From: Verrucomicrobiaceae bacterium | GTDB taxonomy: Bacteria; Verrucomicrobiota; Verrucomicrobiia; Verrucomicrobiales; Akkermansiaceae | Assembly: GCA_051252135.1 (NCBI GenBank) | Contig: JBPOGH010000014.1 | Location: forward strand, 61,835 to 125,834 | Direction: 5' to 3' | DNA: 64,000 nt | Shown here: piece after piece, positions 10,747-21,833 of the stretch | Layout: each line of letters starts with the position of its first letter | How positions within the stretch are numbered: position 1 is the stretch's first letter | Notes under the pieces: generated by a model | Told to the model about the DNA's origin: nothing | Seen by the model: only the letters and a program-made list of their open reading frames with translations | Databases searched by the model: none | Program-made: the position numbers and the translations under genes

Positions 10747-12164
10747 TCGCCCGTCTTCTCCTACCCATCCTCCTTCTCGGCTCCACCCTCGCCGCCGAAA
10801 AACCCAACATCATCCTCTTTGTCTCCGATGACCACGGCACCGAAGCCCTCGGCGCCTACGGAAACAAGGTCATCAAGACTCCCCACCTCGATGCCTTCGC
10901 CGCCCAAGGCGTGCGCTTCACCAATGCCTACTGCACCAGCGCCTCCTGCGCCGCCAGCCGCTCCGTCATCCTCACCGGACAATACGGCCACGCCACCGGC
11001 TCCTACGGACACGTCCACGACTACCACCACTTCTCCACCTACGACCACGTCAAATCTCTCCCCGTTCTCCTCAATGCCGCCGGCTACCAAACCGCCCGCA
11101 TCGGAAAATACCACCTCGCTCCCGAGTCGGTTTACAAGTTCGACCACGTCCTCCGGGCCAACCCCCGCAGCACCGCGGAAATGGCCGACGCCTGCCAACC
11201 CATCCTAAAGCAGGACGCCCCCTTCTTCCTCTACTTCTGCCCCGACGATCCCCACCGCGGCGACCCCTTCACCCCCGACCCCTGGAACGCCCCCAACTCC
11301 TTCGGCAACCTCAAGGAAGGATACCCCGGCGTCGAAACCATCACCTACGACCCCAAGGACGTCATCGTCCCACCCTTCCTCCCCGACACCCCGGAGTGCC
11401 GCGCCGAGCTCGCCGAGTATTACCAGTCCATCTCCCGCATCGACCAAGGATTCGGCAAGCTCCTCGCCCACCTCAAAGCCGCGGGTAAAACCGACAACAC
11501 CGTCATCATTTACATCTCCGATAACGGAGCCGCCTTCCCCGGGGCCAAAACCACCGTCTACGAGCCCGGCATCAAACTCCCCTGTCTCGTCAACGACCCC
11601 CGCTCCCCTCACCACGGCCTCGTCAATAACGCCATGATCACCTGGGCCGACCTCACCCCCACCATCCTCGACTTCGCCGATGTCGAATTTAATGCCGCCG
11701 ACTTCCACGGCCGCACCTTCGTCCCCATCCTCGGCAAGCCCTCCCCCACCGGCTGGGACGAAATCTATGCCGCCCACAACTTCCACGAGCTCACCATGTA
11801 CTACCCTATGCGCGTCATCCGTAGCGGAAATTACAAGCTCATCTGGAACATCGCCTACCGCCTCGAATACCCCTTCGCCTCCGACCTCTGGGCCGCCTCC
11901 ACCTGGCAGGCCAACTACCGCACCAAAACCAAAACCTTCGGCCCCCGCACCATGCAGGACTTCCTCTTCCGCGCCGAGTTCGAGCTCTACGATCTCTCCA
12001 CCGACCCCAACGAATCCAAAAATCTCGCCGGAGAAAAAGCGCACGCCGCAACCCTCCTCAACCTCAAAAAGAAGCTCAAAGCCTTCCAGCTCAAAACCAA
12101 AGACCCCTGGCAAATCTCCTGGTCCTACGAAACAAACGTCCAGGGCACCGGCGTCGGCCTCTGA
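10743..12164 (+). CDS. S1 sulfatase (sulfamidase-like)
   Basis: ATGA overlap with the cglA stop; 'VSDDHG', CAASR, 'IGKYHL', 'DPHR', 'YYPMR'. Confidence 0.92.
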   Translation: MIARLLLPILLLGSTLAAEKPNIILFVSDDHGTEALGAYGNKVIKTPHLDAFAAQGVRFTNAYCTSASCAASRSVILTGQYGHATGSYGHVHDYHHFSTYDHVKSLPVLLNAAGYQTARIGKYHLAPESVYKFDHVLRANPRSTAEMADACQPILKQDAPFFLYFCPDDPHRGDPFTPDPWNAPNSFGNLKEGYPGVETITYDPKDVIVPPFLPDTPECRAELAEYYQSISRIDQGFGKLLAHLKAAGKTDNTVIIYISDNGAAFPGAKTTVYEPGIKLPCLVNDPRSPHHGLVNNAMITWADLTPTILDFADVEFNAADFHGRTFVPILGKPSPTGWDEIYAAHNFHELTMYYPMRVIRSGNYKLIWNIAYRLEYPFASDLWAASTWQANYRTKTKTFGPRTMQDFLFRAEFELYDLSTDPNESKNLAGEKAHAATLLNLKKKLKAFQLKTKDPWQISWSYETNVQGTGVGL

Positions 12165-12210
12165 ATCACAACGCCCAATCCTCAATCCTCAATTCTCAAC
12201 CTCCCCTCCC

Positions 12211-13704
12211 GTGCCAAATTCCCGCCCCTCAAGCTCCTTCGCCGCGCTCGCGTTCCTCATTCTGAACGTTCAGCTCATCATCGCCGCAAAGCCCAACATC
12301 CTCTTCGTCGTCGCCGATGACATGTCGCACACCGGCTGCTACGGACACGAATTCGTAAAAACGCCGTACTTCGACTCCCTCGCGGAAAGAGGCCTTCGCT
12401 TCAACCGCATGTACACCCCGAGCAGCAAGTGCGCTCCCTCCCGTGCCGTCATCATCACCGGACGCAACCCCTGGCAACTCGAGGCCGCCGCCAACCACCA
12501 GCCCATCTGGCCTGAAAAATTCAAATCCGTCGTCGAATCCCTCACCGACCACGGCTACTTCACCGGCTTCACCGGAAAAGGCTGGAACCCCGGCATCCAC
12601 CCCAAGGACCGCAACCTCACCGGCAAGGAATACAACGACCTCCGCGTCCAAAACCCACCCACCAAGAACCTCGCCCCCTACGACTACGCCGCAAACTTCG
12701 CCGCCTTCATGAAGGACCGCCCATCCGAAGATCCTTTCTTCTTCTGGTATGGCTGCAAGGAACCCCACCGCGGCTACGAATACAAAAGCGGCGTCAAGTC
12801 GGGCAAAAAAATCGCCGACCTCAAGTTCACCCCCACCTTCTGGGGCGACTCCGAGCGCGTGAAGCACGACATCTTGGACTACGCCGTCGAGATCGAATAC
12901 TTCGACACCCACCTCGGTCGCATTCTCGCCCAACTCGAAGACTCCGGCGAACTCGAGAACACCCTCATCATCGCCACCTCGGACAACTCCATGCCCTTCC
13001 CTCGCTTCAAGGGGCACCCGCACGAGTTCGCCACCCGCGTCCCCTTCGTCGTCTACTGGCCCGGCATGATCACCAACCCCGGCCGCCAGTGCGATCAATT
13101 CGCCAGCTTTACCGATCTCGCCCCCACCTTCCTCGAAGCCGCCGGAATCCCCGCCGAAAAATCCGGCATGCAACCCATCCAGGGAAAGAGCCTCTTCGAC
13201 TTCTTTAATGATAATGTCCAGGGCCGCACCCACGTCCTCACCGGCCGCGAGCGCAATGACATCTGCCGCCCCCACGGCGCCAGCTACCCCGTCCGCAGCC
13301 TCCACCGGGGCGACTTCGTTTACATGCACAATTTCGAGCCCACCCGCTGGCCCTCCGGCACCGCCGAGTCCGGCTTCCGCGATACCGACTGGAGCCCCAC
13401 CAAAGTCGAGATCGTCGACAACATGCCCTTCACCCCCGCCTTCCACCTCTGCTTCGGCAAACGCCCCCAGGAAGAACTCTACAACATCAAAGAAGACCCC
13501 GAGTGCCTCACCAACCTCGCCAGCCGCGAGGAATTCTCCGGGTTGAAATCCTCCATGAAAACATCCCTCTTCGCCGAGCTCAAATCCCAAGGCGACCCCC
13601 GCCTCCACAGCAACGGCGCCCTCTTCGAAAAAATCCGCCCCGAGCGCCTCCGCCTCTACGACAAGTTGCTCCAGCAGGAATCAAAGCGAACCTCGAAAAA
13701 GTAA
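12211..13704 (+). CDS. S1 sulfatase (sulfamidase-like)
   Basis: Probable GTG start at 12211 inside ORF 11680..13704; hydrophobic signal, then '[11 protein letters not shown]', CAPSR, 'EPHR'. Confidence 0.88.
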   Translation: MPNSRPSSSFAALAFLILNVQLIIAAKPNILFVVADDMSHTGCYGHEFVKTPYFDSLAERGLRFNRMYTPSSKCAPSRAVIITGRNPWQLEAAANHQPIWPEKFKSVVESLTDHGYFTGFTGKGWNPGIHPKDRNLTGKEYNDLRVQNPPTKNLAPYDYAANFAAFMKDRPSEDPFFFWYGCKEPHRGYEYKSGVKSGKKIADLKFTPTFWGDSERVKHDILDYAVEIEYFDTHLGRILAQLEDSGELENTLIIATSDNSMPFPRFKGHPHEFATRVPFVVYWPGMITNPGRQCDQFASFTDLAPTFLEAAGIPAEKSGMQPIQGKSLFDFFNDNVQGRTHVLTGRERNDICRPHGASYPVRSLHRGDFVYMHNFEPTRWPSGTAESGFRDTDWSPTKVEIVDNMPFTPAFHLCFGKRPQEELYNIKEDPECLTNLASREEFSGLKSSMKTSLFAELKSQGDPRLHSNGALFEKIRPERLRLYDKLLQQESKRTSKK

Positions 13705-13706
13705 CC

Positions 13707-16700
13707 CTACTTCGAGCGATACCTCTCAAGATAGGCCGCGAGATCCACCAGATCATCCGCCGTAAACCCCAGCTGATCGGCCGAGAGCATCAGCGACTGA
13801 TCCCACATCGCTTTCATCGACTTGATCCGATCCTTGGGAATCATCTGATCCATCCCACCGGTCGACTGAATAATCACCGGATCGCTGTTGCTAAAAAGAA
13901 CGCCTTCCACCACTTCGCCCGTCTTCAGCGTCACCCGCTTGCCCGTAAACCCGTGCGCCAAATCCTTGGTCGGATAAATCACCGCATCAAAGAAAGCCTC
14001 CTTCCCCTGATTCGCCACCCAGTCGACCAATTCAGGCCCATAATTCACTCCCTGGCCCTCAATCTCATGGCACATCAGGCACCGCGCCGCCTGCGCCTTC
14101 CCCGCGACCGCATCACCCTCTCGCGTGGCTAATTCCTTCGCCGATGGCAGCTTCGTCTTCGGTGCCTTCGGAACCGTCACCGACTGAATCTTGATCGTCT
14201 CCGGATCATAAATCCCACGCTCCTTCAGCGCCTCGCGCACCCCAAGTTCGGACCACTCATCCAGTCCCTTTCCGACCAACCACCCTGTCGCCGCCTGCGC
14301 CAAATCACCCTCTCCCGCAGCCAGCTCAATCACCGCCGTAACCGCTTCCTGCGTCCCCGCAAAAACCAACGAGGTCAGCGCCAGCTCCCTCTCACTCCGT
14401 GAAAGCTCACCCGTCTTCACTCGCGCAATTAAATCAGGCACCGCCTCCTTCGCATGCAGTCGCCAGGCAATCCAGCTGTGCCCCTCCGACCACTCCATCG
14501 CCACCTTCCCCACATTCAAAACACCCCAAACCTCCTCCTCAATCTCCTCCGCCGCCAGCCCGCACGCTTCCAAATAATGCCGATCCCCCTCACCCGCCGT
14601 CCGAAACAACTCCACCACCAAAGGCAACTTCTTCTCCCCATCCACATCCCGCAGCGACACCGCCACCTCACGCCGCACCGCCGCCGACTCATCCTTCACC
14701 AACTCCGCCGCCATCTCCAAAACATCATGCCCCGCCGCCCGCAGACTCCGAAAACCCAACAACCTCATCGACGCTGCCTCATCCTTCAAAAACCCCCGAC
14801 AGCGCTTCACTCCCTCCTCCCCGAGATAAGGCAGCAACCAAACCCCACGCGCCCGAACCCACTCATTCTCATGCGCAAAAATCTCCTCCATCAAAGGCAA
14901 CGCCTTCGCCCCCGCCGCCTTCAACCGCTCAAATCCCACATGCCGCACACTCACCGCCGGACTCTGTAAAAACACCACCGCATCCTTCAACGCATCACCC
15001 GACACCTTCGGCAACTCCGCCTGAAACCCCTTCGGCGCAATCCGATAAATCGACCCCGAGTGCGTCACATCCTCCGCCCGATGCCCGCCCACTTTCGTGT
15101 CGTAAAAGTCGCACACATAAAGCGCCCCATCCGCCCCCACCACCACATCCGATGGCCGAAAATTTAAATCCCCCTCGCACTCCACCAGGTTCCTCCGCTC
15201 GCCCAATTCCATCGCCGAACCACCCTTCGATAACTTCGGATGATACCGCTGAATAATCCGCGCCCGCGCCTCACAGCTCAGCAACATCCCCTCATACTCC
15301 TTCGGCAGTGCTCCGTTCTCATAAAAGGCCACCCCTGTCGGTGATCCACCTCCGTAAACATCGCCCGCCGGAATCACCCCCGGATCATCCTGCCGCCAAT
15401 GCGCCCGCTCCGTCGCCTGCCCCGGCCGCCGGTCCGTCTCCCAGCTCCGACGACCATTCTTCGAATAATAACCCAGATCACCCCCCTCCATCAGCCACGT
15501 CACCCGGCACGACAAGCGGTCATCATTGTCATTCTGAAACATATCCCCCCACGAACTCAGGCACATCTCATAACTGTTGCGAAACCCGCTCCCCATCATC
15601 GCCATCCCCGTCCCATCCGGGTTCACCCGCGCCGCAAATCCCCCCACATAAATATTCCCGTCATCAGACACCTTCCCCGCATACTCCGTCGGATTGCTGA
15701 ACCACTCCGGATTCCCCGCCCCATTCAAATAATACGGCCCACCCGCGAAAAAGGTCCGCCCATCTCCATCCGTCACCTGCGCCCCACAATTCCCCTGCGT
15801 AAAATACCACTTCCCGTCCGGCCCCGGCACCACCGTGTGCAGCGAGTGATCGTGATTCCTCGCATTAAACCCACTCAGAAATTCCTCCCGCGTATCCACT
15901 TTTGGATCAAATCTCAAATCACGATCCACATCCGTGTAAACCAGCACATGCGGCGGCTGCGCTACCACCACCTTATTGTCAAAAACCGTCACTCCCAGCG
16001 GCGAAATCAACTCCGGGTCCTGCACAAAAACATGCGACGATTCCGCCCTTCCGTCTCCATCCGTATCTTCCAGCACCACAATCCGATCCCCCTCCGGCTG
16101 ATGAATCTCCCGCCGATAATTCACCGCCTCCGCCACCCAAATCCGACCCGCCGCATCCACATCCATATTCGCCGGATTCCGCAACATCGGCGACGTCGCC
16201 CAAAGCGTCACCTCCAGCTCATCCGGCACCGATATCTCCTCCACCGGCACCGACAAATTCATCGCCACCTCCCGCAGCCCCACCAATTCCTTCACCCCCT
16301 TCAAATTCTTCTTCGACAATTCCGTCTCCCCCTTCTTCACCCCGCCGCCTTGCTCAAAAACCAACCAACCCTCGTACCCGATCTCGTCCAGCGTCCCCGC
16401 CAGCTTCTTCAAATCCGTCCCATCATTCTCTCCAAAATAAATTCCATTCTTCGGTTTCAAGTGCAGCTCGCAAATCCCCTCGCCACCAAAGGCCCGCAGC
16501 GCCTCATCAATATCCTCACCCTTCCGTCCCATATTCCCCGTGTCATAATACATCTTCACCTCCTTCGGATTACCCAGCCGCTTCAGTAACTCCTGCACCC
16601 GCTCATATGTCACCGGCGACTCCAGCCCAATCGTCACCCCATGCTTCCGCGCCGTCGGCAAAATCTCCTCAATAAACTCCGCCACCCCCTCAAGAACCTC

Positions 16701-17123
16701 ATCCTTCTCCTGAAAATTCGACGGCCCAAAAAACGGGAACAACAACACCTCACACCCCAACACCTCACAAGCAGCCAGCGACTGCTCCATAATCTTCACC
16801 CCGTTCTCCCGCGCCTTCCCCGGTTGCCACACATTCACCCGATTCATCGCCCCCGCACACAGCGAAAAAATCTCCACCCCATGCTCCTTCGAAGCCTTCT
16901 GAAAAGCCGCCTGCAACTTCGGCTCCGAAATCGTCATCAGCCCACCTTTGCCCAATCGCCCCGTATGAATCTGCACCCCCGCATAACCCGACTCCTTCGC
17001 CAGCCGCACACTCTCCACCTCACACCGCAACCCAAACGCCGTCTCCATCACCCCCACCTTCGCCTGCCCAAAAACCACCCCCATCGTTGCTCCTAAAACA
17101 AAGAGAAATTTCATCCCCGCCAT
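13707..17123 (-). CDS. Xylose-isomerase-like TIM barrel fused to PVC-type heme-binding CxxCH protein (beta-propeller dehydrogenase-like domain, HEAT repeats, cytochrome c)
   Basis: N-terminal 'GLESP..YYDTGN..ELHLKP..FEQ'; 'NPANMDVDAAGRIWVAEAVNYR', 'LEDTDGDGRA', 'GFRNSYE', 'FRPSDVVVGADGALYVCDFYD'; C-terminal CLMCH. Start may be 17114. Confidence 0.88.
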   Translation of the reverse strand: MAGMKFLFVLGATMGVVFGQAKVGVMETAFGLRCEVESVRLAKESGYAGVQIHTGRLGKGGLMTISEPKLQAAFQKASKEHGVEIFSLCAGAMNRVNVWQPGKARENGVKIMEQSLAACEVLGCEVLLFPFFGPSNFQEKDEVLEGVAEFIEEILPTARKHGVTIGLESPVTYERVQELLKRLGNPKEVKMYYDTGNMGRKGEDIDEALRAFGGEGICELHLKPKNGIYFGENDGTDLKKLAGTLDEIGYEGWLVFEQGGGVKKGETELSKKNLKGVKELVGLREVAMNLSVPVEEISVPDELEVTLWATSPMLRNPANMDVDAAGRIWVAEAVNYRREIHQPEGDRIVVLEDTDGDGRAESSHVFVQDPELISPLGVTVFDNKVVVAQPPHVLVYTDVDRDLRFDPKVDTREEFLSGFNARNHDHSLHTVVPGPDGKWYFTQGNCGAQVTDGDGRTFFAGGPYYLNGAGNPEWFSNPTEYAGKVSDDGNIYVGGFAARVNPDGTGMAMMGSGFRNSYEMCLSSWGDMFQNDNDDRLSCRVTWLMEGGDLGYYSKNGRRSWETDRRPGQATERAHWRQDDPGVIPAGDVYGGGSPTGVAFYENGALPKEYEGMLLSCEARARIIQRYHPKLSKGGSAMELGERRNLVECEGDLNFRPSDVVVGADGALYVCDFYDTKVGGHRAEDVTHSGSIYRIAPKGFQAELPKVSGDALKDAVVFLQSPAVSVRHVGFERLKAAGAKALPLMEEIFAHENEWVRARGVWLLPYLGEEGVKRCRGFLKDEAASMRLLGFRSLRAAGHDVLEMAAELVKDESAAVRREVAVSLRDVDGEKKLPLVVELFRTAGEGDRHYLEACGLAAEEIEEEVWGVLNVGKVAMEWSEGHSWIAWRLHAKEAVPDLIARVKTGELSRSERELALTSLVFAGTQEAVTAVIELAAGEGDLAQAATGWLVGKGLDEWSELGVREALKERGIYDPETIKIQSVTVPKAPKTKLPSAKELATREGDAVAGKAQAARCLMCHEIEGQGVNYGPELVDWVANQGKEAFFDAVIYPTKDLAHGFTGKRVTLKTGEVVEGVLFSNSDPVIIQSTGGMDQMIPKDRIKSMKAMWDQSLMLSADQLGFTADDLVDLAAYLERYRSK

Positions 17124-17256
17124 TCAACACACCATCTCTAAAGTTGTCGCACAAATAAATTTGCAATATCATCCCACTCCGGTTTCCCATCCAGTTCGCC
17201 CCTAAAAGACCCAGCCTTTCAACCCCGCGCTCATCTCTCTGATTCCAAATTCACCC

Positions 17257-18819
17257 ATGAAACTCTTCCTTTCCCTCGTCCTCCTCGTTCACAGTTCGTG
17301 TTCCCTGTTCGCTGCTCAAAGTTCAGCCAAACCCAACATCCTCTGGATCACCATCGAGGACTGGTCCCCCGACCTCTCCTGCTACGGCACCAAGGGCATC
17401 TCCACCCCCCACGTCGACAAGCTCGCCTCCCAGGGCATCCGCTACCAATGGGCCTTCACCACCTCGCCCGTCTGCTCCACCTCGCGCTCGGCCATGATGA
17501 CTGGATTCCACCAGAACTACATCGGCGCCCACCAACACCGCACCAACGATAAAAAGCCCCTCCCCCACGGCATCAAGCCCATCCCCCACCTCTTCGCGGA
17601 AAACGGCTACCACACCTCCCTCATGTCGTGGAAAGTCGACTGCAACTTCCTCCCCGACCAAAAAGGACAACTCTTTCAGGGCACCGACTGGAAACAGCGC
17701 AAAGAAGGCCAGCCCTTCTTCGCCCGCATCACCTTCGGCGGCACCCACCGCCTCTGGAATCGCGACCCACAACGCCCCATCGACACCAAGGACGTCGAAA
17801 TCCCACCCTACTACGCCGATACCGAATTCATCCGCCGCGACTGGGCCAACGGCCTCGAACAAATGCAACTCGTCGACCGCGAAGTCGGAGCCCTCCTCAA
17901 GCGACTCGATGACGAAGGCCTCGCCGACAACACCCTCGTCTTCTTCATCGGCGACCACGGCCGCTGCCACATCCGCGGTAAACAATTCCTCTACGATGGC
18001 GGCATCCGCATCCCCATGATCCTCCGCTGGCCGGGCAAGGTCGACCCCGGCCAAGTCAACACCAGCCTCGTCAGCTCGATCGACATCTGCGCCACCATCC
18101 TCGAGGCCGCCGACATCAAAGAACCCGTCCCCCTCCACGGAAAAAGCCTCTTCAGTGACGAAGTCAAAAACCGCCAACACATCTTCGCCGCCCGCGACAA
18201 GATGGACGACACCCACGACGCCATGCGCACCATCCGCACCCGCGACCACAAGCTCATCCTCAACCTCATGCCCCACCGGCCCTACTGCCAGTTCAGCCAC
18301 TACAAGGAAGGAGCCTACCCCTCCCTCGCCGAGATGAACGTTCTCCACCTCGAGGGCAAACTCAACGAAGCCCAGTCCCACTTCATGGCCTCAAAGAAAC
18401 CCGAAATCGAACTCTTCGACCTCAAAAAGGACCCCCACGAGATCAACAACCTCGCCGACCACCCCGCCTACGCCGAAGTCAAAGCAACCCTCCTCGCCGA
18501 GCTCAACAAATGGCGTCAGGAAGTCATCCACGACAAGGGCCTCGTCGGAGACTTCGGAGCCGCCAACACCACCTTCCCCGAAACCTGCCCCACCACCACC
18601 GTCGGCGAATGGGTCAACGCCAACACCAAAAACTACGACTTCTTCCACGTCGGCCTCCCCGGTTGGTATCCCACCCGCACCCTCGAAGAGTGGAAAAAAG
18701 CCCGCGACCTCTGGACCCCCTGGGTCTTCCGTGACCCCACCTCAAAAATGACCCGCCCCGTCATCCCCCACACCACGAAGAACAAGCCCAAGAAAAAAAG
18801 ATCAGATAAAGGCAAATAG
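17257..18819 (+). CDS. S1 sulfatase
   Basis: Signal peptide, 'KPNILWITIEDWSP', CSTSR, 'GDHG', 'AARDKMD'. Confidence 0.92.
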   Translation: MKLFLSLVLLVHSSCSLFAAQSSAKPNILWITIEDWSPDLSCYGTKGISTPHVDKLASQGIRYQWAFTTSPVCSTSRSAMMTGFHQNYIGAHQHRTNDKKPLPHGIKPIPHLFAENGYHTSLMSWKVDCNFLPDQKGQLFQGTDWKQRKEGQPFFARITFGGTHRLWNRDPQRPIDTKDVEIPPYYADTEFIRRDWANGLEQMQLVDREVGALLKRLDDEGLADNTLVFFIGDHGRCHIRGKQFLYDGGIRIPMILRWPGKVDPGQVNTSLVSSIDICATILEAADIKEPVPLHGKSLFSDEVKNRQHIFAARDKMDDTHDAMRTIRTRDHKLILNLMPHRPYCQFSHYKEGAYPSLAEMNVLHLEGKLNEAQSHFMASKKPEIELFDLKKDPHEINNLADHPAYAEVKATLLAELNKWRQEVIHDKGLVGDFGAANTTFPETCPTTTVGEWVNANTKNYDFFHVGLPGWYPTRTLEEWKKARDLWTPWVFRDPTSKMTRPVIPHTTKNKPKKKRSDKGK

Positions 18820-18955
18820 TTGGGGATTGATAAACCAATCTTCATCTCTCTTTGCCCTCACTCTGCTTCTATCTCCCTCCTCGTCAGGTCATCCATGAAT
18901 TGAACGAAATTTTTCTGGTCCCTCACATCGCGTTGGCTAGCCTAACCCAACACTG

Positions 18956-20452
18956 ATGATTGCTAATCTCGGAGACTCCGAATGGACCTATGGTCACGCA
19001 GCCCATTTGGCCAGCCGCTGCATTATCGGGGCCTCAAGAGACGAAATCTCCGCCCTGTTTGATCTCGGCAGAACCAGCGGAGTTGAAGCGGCCGTTGATT
19101 CCTTGGTAGCAAAACCTGACGACTGGGATGACTTCCCGTTCCCCGATTGGTGGGATGGTCAGGATGTCTCCTCCGGAGGCCCCACCGGTTCCATCACCGA
19201 ATCAGGAAACCTCTTGGTCTCATGGTATTTGAATCAGCTGCTGAATGCCAATCCGTTAGGAGCCAAGATGTTCAAGTTCTTCCTCGATCATGCTCCCATC
19301 GACGAAAGGAACTTCTTACATCAAAACAAGTGGATCTACTTTTTTCAGTATTTTGATATCTGCCGGAAGCACTCGCTGGGTAACTTTAAGCAATTAGTCT
19401 CCGATGTCTCGTGGAGTGGAGGAATGATTTGGATGCTGAATTTAAACAGCAACTTAAACACCAATCTCAACGAAAACTTCGGACGGGAACTCCTCGAACT
19501 GTTCACCCTCGGCGTGGGAGGTGGATATACCGAAAAGGATGTTCAAAACGTCTCTCGGGCCTTCACTGGCAGACAAACCCGCACCAGCCACCCGGCTGAT
19601 CACCCCTACACCCCGTTCCTTGCAGACAACTATGTCGATATTGACGAGCTGGAAGTACTCGGAAAAACCTTCCCTAAGCTCTCCCGGATTCCCGGCTCGG
19701 TCCGCGAGCACGGACCCGCGGTTCTCGATCATATCTTCGAACAACCGGCTGCCGGCACCTACCTCACCTGGAAGCTGTGGCGTTACTTCGTTGGCCCCAA
19801 CCCACCCGAAGGGCTCATTGCCGAATTAGGTGCGCGCTTCCAAAACACCCACAACTTTGAACTCCGCCCGCTTCTAAAGGAAATCTTCATGTCTCGCGCA
19901 TTCTATGCGGAAGAAAATCGCGGAAACCAGATCAAGGACGCCGCTGATTTCTTCATCTCCTGCATCAAGAAACTCCGCGTCTCCCTGCCCAGCCCAATGA
20001 TCACTTACATCGCCACCGATCAATTGGGCTACAATCCCATGATTCCGCCCAACATCGCCGGTTGGCCTGAGCCGGAAGCCGGCGGCAACGCCTGGATCGG
20101 CCCGGAGAAGATTCTCGCACGCATCAATCTCCCTACCATGTGGCTTCAGAAGACCCTCGATTTTTTCCCCCAGTCCAATCTGGGAGGGAATCGGTCCCTG
20201 CGCAATGAAACGGCCCCAACGGATTTCGATCTCGATAAACTCGTGCCCGCCCATCTTCGCAACCCTCGCGACTTCAACTTGCTGATCGATGAGCTAAACG
20301 ATCACTTTCTCCCGTTCCACCCGCTGTCCAAAACACAGCGAGATATCCTCACCGAAGCGTTCGCTACCGACTATCGCCAGATCGATTACGACACTCAGAT
20401 TTTGGAACTCATCAGAACATTCACCTCCCTTCCGGAATTTCAATTGCAATAG
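18956..20452 (+). CDS. DUF1800 family protein
   Basis: 'AAHLASR', 'NENFGRELLELFTLG', 'YTEKDV..SRAFTG', 'PPNIAGW', C-terminal 'PEFQLQ'. Confidence 0.88.
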   Translation: MIANLGDSEWTYGHAAHLASRCIIGASRDEISALFDLGRTSGVEAAVDSLVAKPDDWDDFPFPDWWDGQDVSSGGPTGSITESGNLLVSWYLNQLLNANPLGAKMFKFFLDHAPIDERNFLHQNKWIYFFQYFDICRKHSLGNFKQLVSDVSWSGGMIWMLNLNSNLNTNLNENFGRELLELFTLGVGGGYTEKDVQNVSRAFTGRQTRTSHPADHPYTPFLADNYVDIDELEVLGKTFPKLSRIPGSVREHGPAVLDHIFEQPAAGTYLTWKLWRYFVGPNPPEGLIAELGARFQNTHNFELRPLLKEIFMSRAFYAEENRGNQIKDAADFFISCIKKLRVSLPSPMITYIATDQLGYNPMIPPNIAGWPEPEAGGNAWIGPEKILARINLPTMWLQKTLDFFPQSNLGGNRSLRNETAPTDFDLDKLVPAHLRNPRDFNLLIDELNDHFLPFHPLSKTQRDILTEAFATDYRQIDYDTQILELIRTFTSLPEFQLQ

Positions 20453-20480
20453 CACCGTGAGAATCCGTCGGAAAAAAGAA

Positions 20481-21833
20481 ATGAACACCTACAGCAATCA
20501 GAAGAACGGCTACGATCGGCGAGTCTTCTTGAAGCAGGCCTTTTCTACCGGACTTGCGGGCACCGGAATTGGGAGTCTTCTGGGTCCGCTTGCAGAGGCC
20601 GCAGGAGACACTTCGGGAGCGGATGGCCCGATCTTCCTCCTCATCCACCAGGAGGGGGGGAACGACTCTCTAAATACCGTCATCCCGCACTCGAGACCGG
20701 ACAGCGACTCCTACTACCAATCACGACCCAATCTGGCGATCGCCCAAGGAGACACCCTCGAACTTCAGGATGGATTTGGCCTGCACCCTTCCCTCTCCTC
20801 TCTCAAGGGACTCTGGGACAATGGCGAACTCGCGATCATCAATGGAGTCGGTTACCAATCTCCAAATTTGTCCCATTTTAGAAGCAACGATATCTGGGCA
20901 AGCTCCAATCGGGAGGGGAATTTTGGTAGCGGTTGGCTGGGACGGTATTTCGATCATGTTTGCGCCGAACAGGACTTCTTCGACCCACTCGTCGGTTTGG
21001 AAACAACCAACCGCTCCAGCCTCAATTTCCGGACCGCATCCGGCCAATCGGCGGTAACGATGAAGGATAATTCGCGGTTTAGGTTTCATTCCGATGCAAA
21101 CAATGCCCCCGCGTTCCCCCAACTCGACAACCATTTCTCCCGGGCTTTGGTGGAAAAATTGGATAGCCATTCCACCGTGTCGACAGACCCGGCCCTATCC
21201 TTTGCCAGACTCTCGATGAGGGCGGCTTATCAATCTTCCGATCAGATCGAGGACCTTATCCAAAGAACACAGGCCACCTTTCCCGGAGACAATTTCCCGG
21301 ACACCGTTCTGGGGAATGACCTCAGAAACATTGCCCAATACATTGCTGGCGGCTCGCAGACTTCTGTCTACTTCGCCACCCAAAGCGGCTACGATACGCA
21401 CTCCAATCAGTTTTTCCGCAATGGCTCCGGAAAACCGCTCCTCGGAACCCACGCCGGCCTTCTCGGAAATTTCGACCTCGCTTTGGGTGCCTTCGCCGAT
21501 GAAATGAAAAGGCAGGGGAAGTGGAACCGGGTCCTGGTCATGTCCTACAGTGAGTTTTCCCGCAAAGTGGTCGAAAACGGCAACGACGGAACCGATCATG
21601 GTGCCGCCGGCTCTTTGTTTGTTGCCGGAGGACTGGTTCAACCGGGAATGTATGGAAGCATGCCTTCCTTGCTGGAAGAAAATCTCATCTCAAACTACAG
21701 CATGGCCTCTACCACCGACTATCGTCAGGTCTATCGGACGATTCTCGAGAAGTTCATGAATCTCAGTCCGGAGGACGCGGCTTCGATTCTGCACATCGAC
21801 ACACAACAGCTCCCAACGCTCAACTTCTTGTGA
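20481..21833 (+). CDS. DUF1501 family protein with Tat signal
   Basis: 'DRRVFLK' twin-arginine; 'GGNDSLNTVIP', 'NLSHFRS', 'GYDTHSNQ', 'SEFSRKVVENGNDGTDHG'; alternative GTG start at 20457. Confidence 0.9.
   Translation: MNTYSNQKNGYDRRVFLKQAFSTGLAGTGIGSLLGPLAEAAGDTSGADGPIFLLIHQEGGNDSLNTVIPHSRPDSDSYYQSRPNLAIAQGDTLELQDGFGLHPSLSSLKGLWDNGELAIINGVGYQSPNLSHFRSNDIWASSNREGNFGSGWLGRYFDHVCAEQDFFDPLVGLETTNRSSLNFRTASGQSAVTMKDNSRFRFHSDANNAPAFPQLDNHFSRALVEKLDSHSTVSTDPALSFARLSMRAAYQSSDQIEDLIQRTQATFPGDNFPDTVLGNDLRNIAQYIAGGSQTSVYFATQSGYDTHSNQFFRNGSGKPLLGTHAGLLGNFDLALGAFADEMKRQGKWNRVLVMSYSEFSRKVVENGNDGTDHGAAGSLFVAGGLVQPGMYGSMPSLLEENLISNYSMASTTDYRQVYRTILEKFMNLSPEDAASILHIDTQQLPTLNFL

Noticed and set aside
11680..12210. 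N-terminal extension of the 674-aa ORF
   Set aside because: Overlaps the upstream sulfatase in another frame and is low-complexity; the signal peptide begins near GTG 12211
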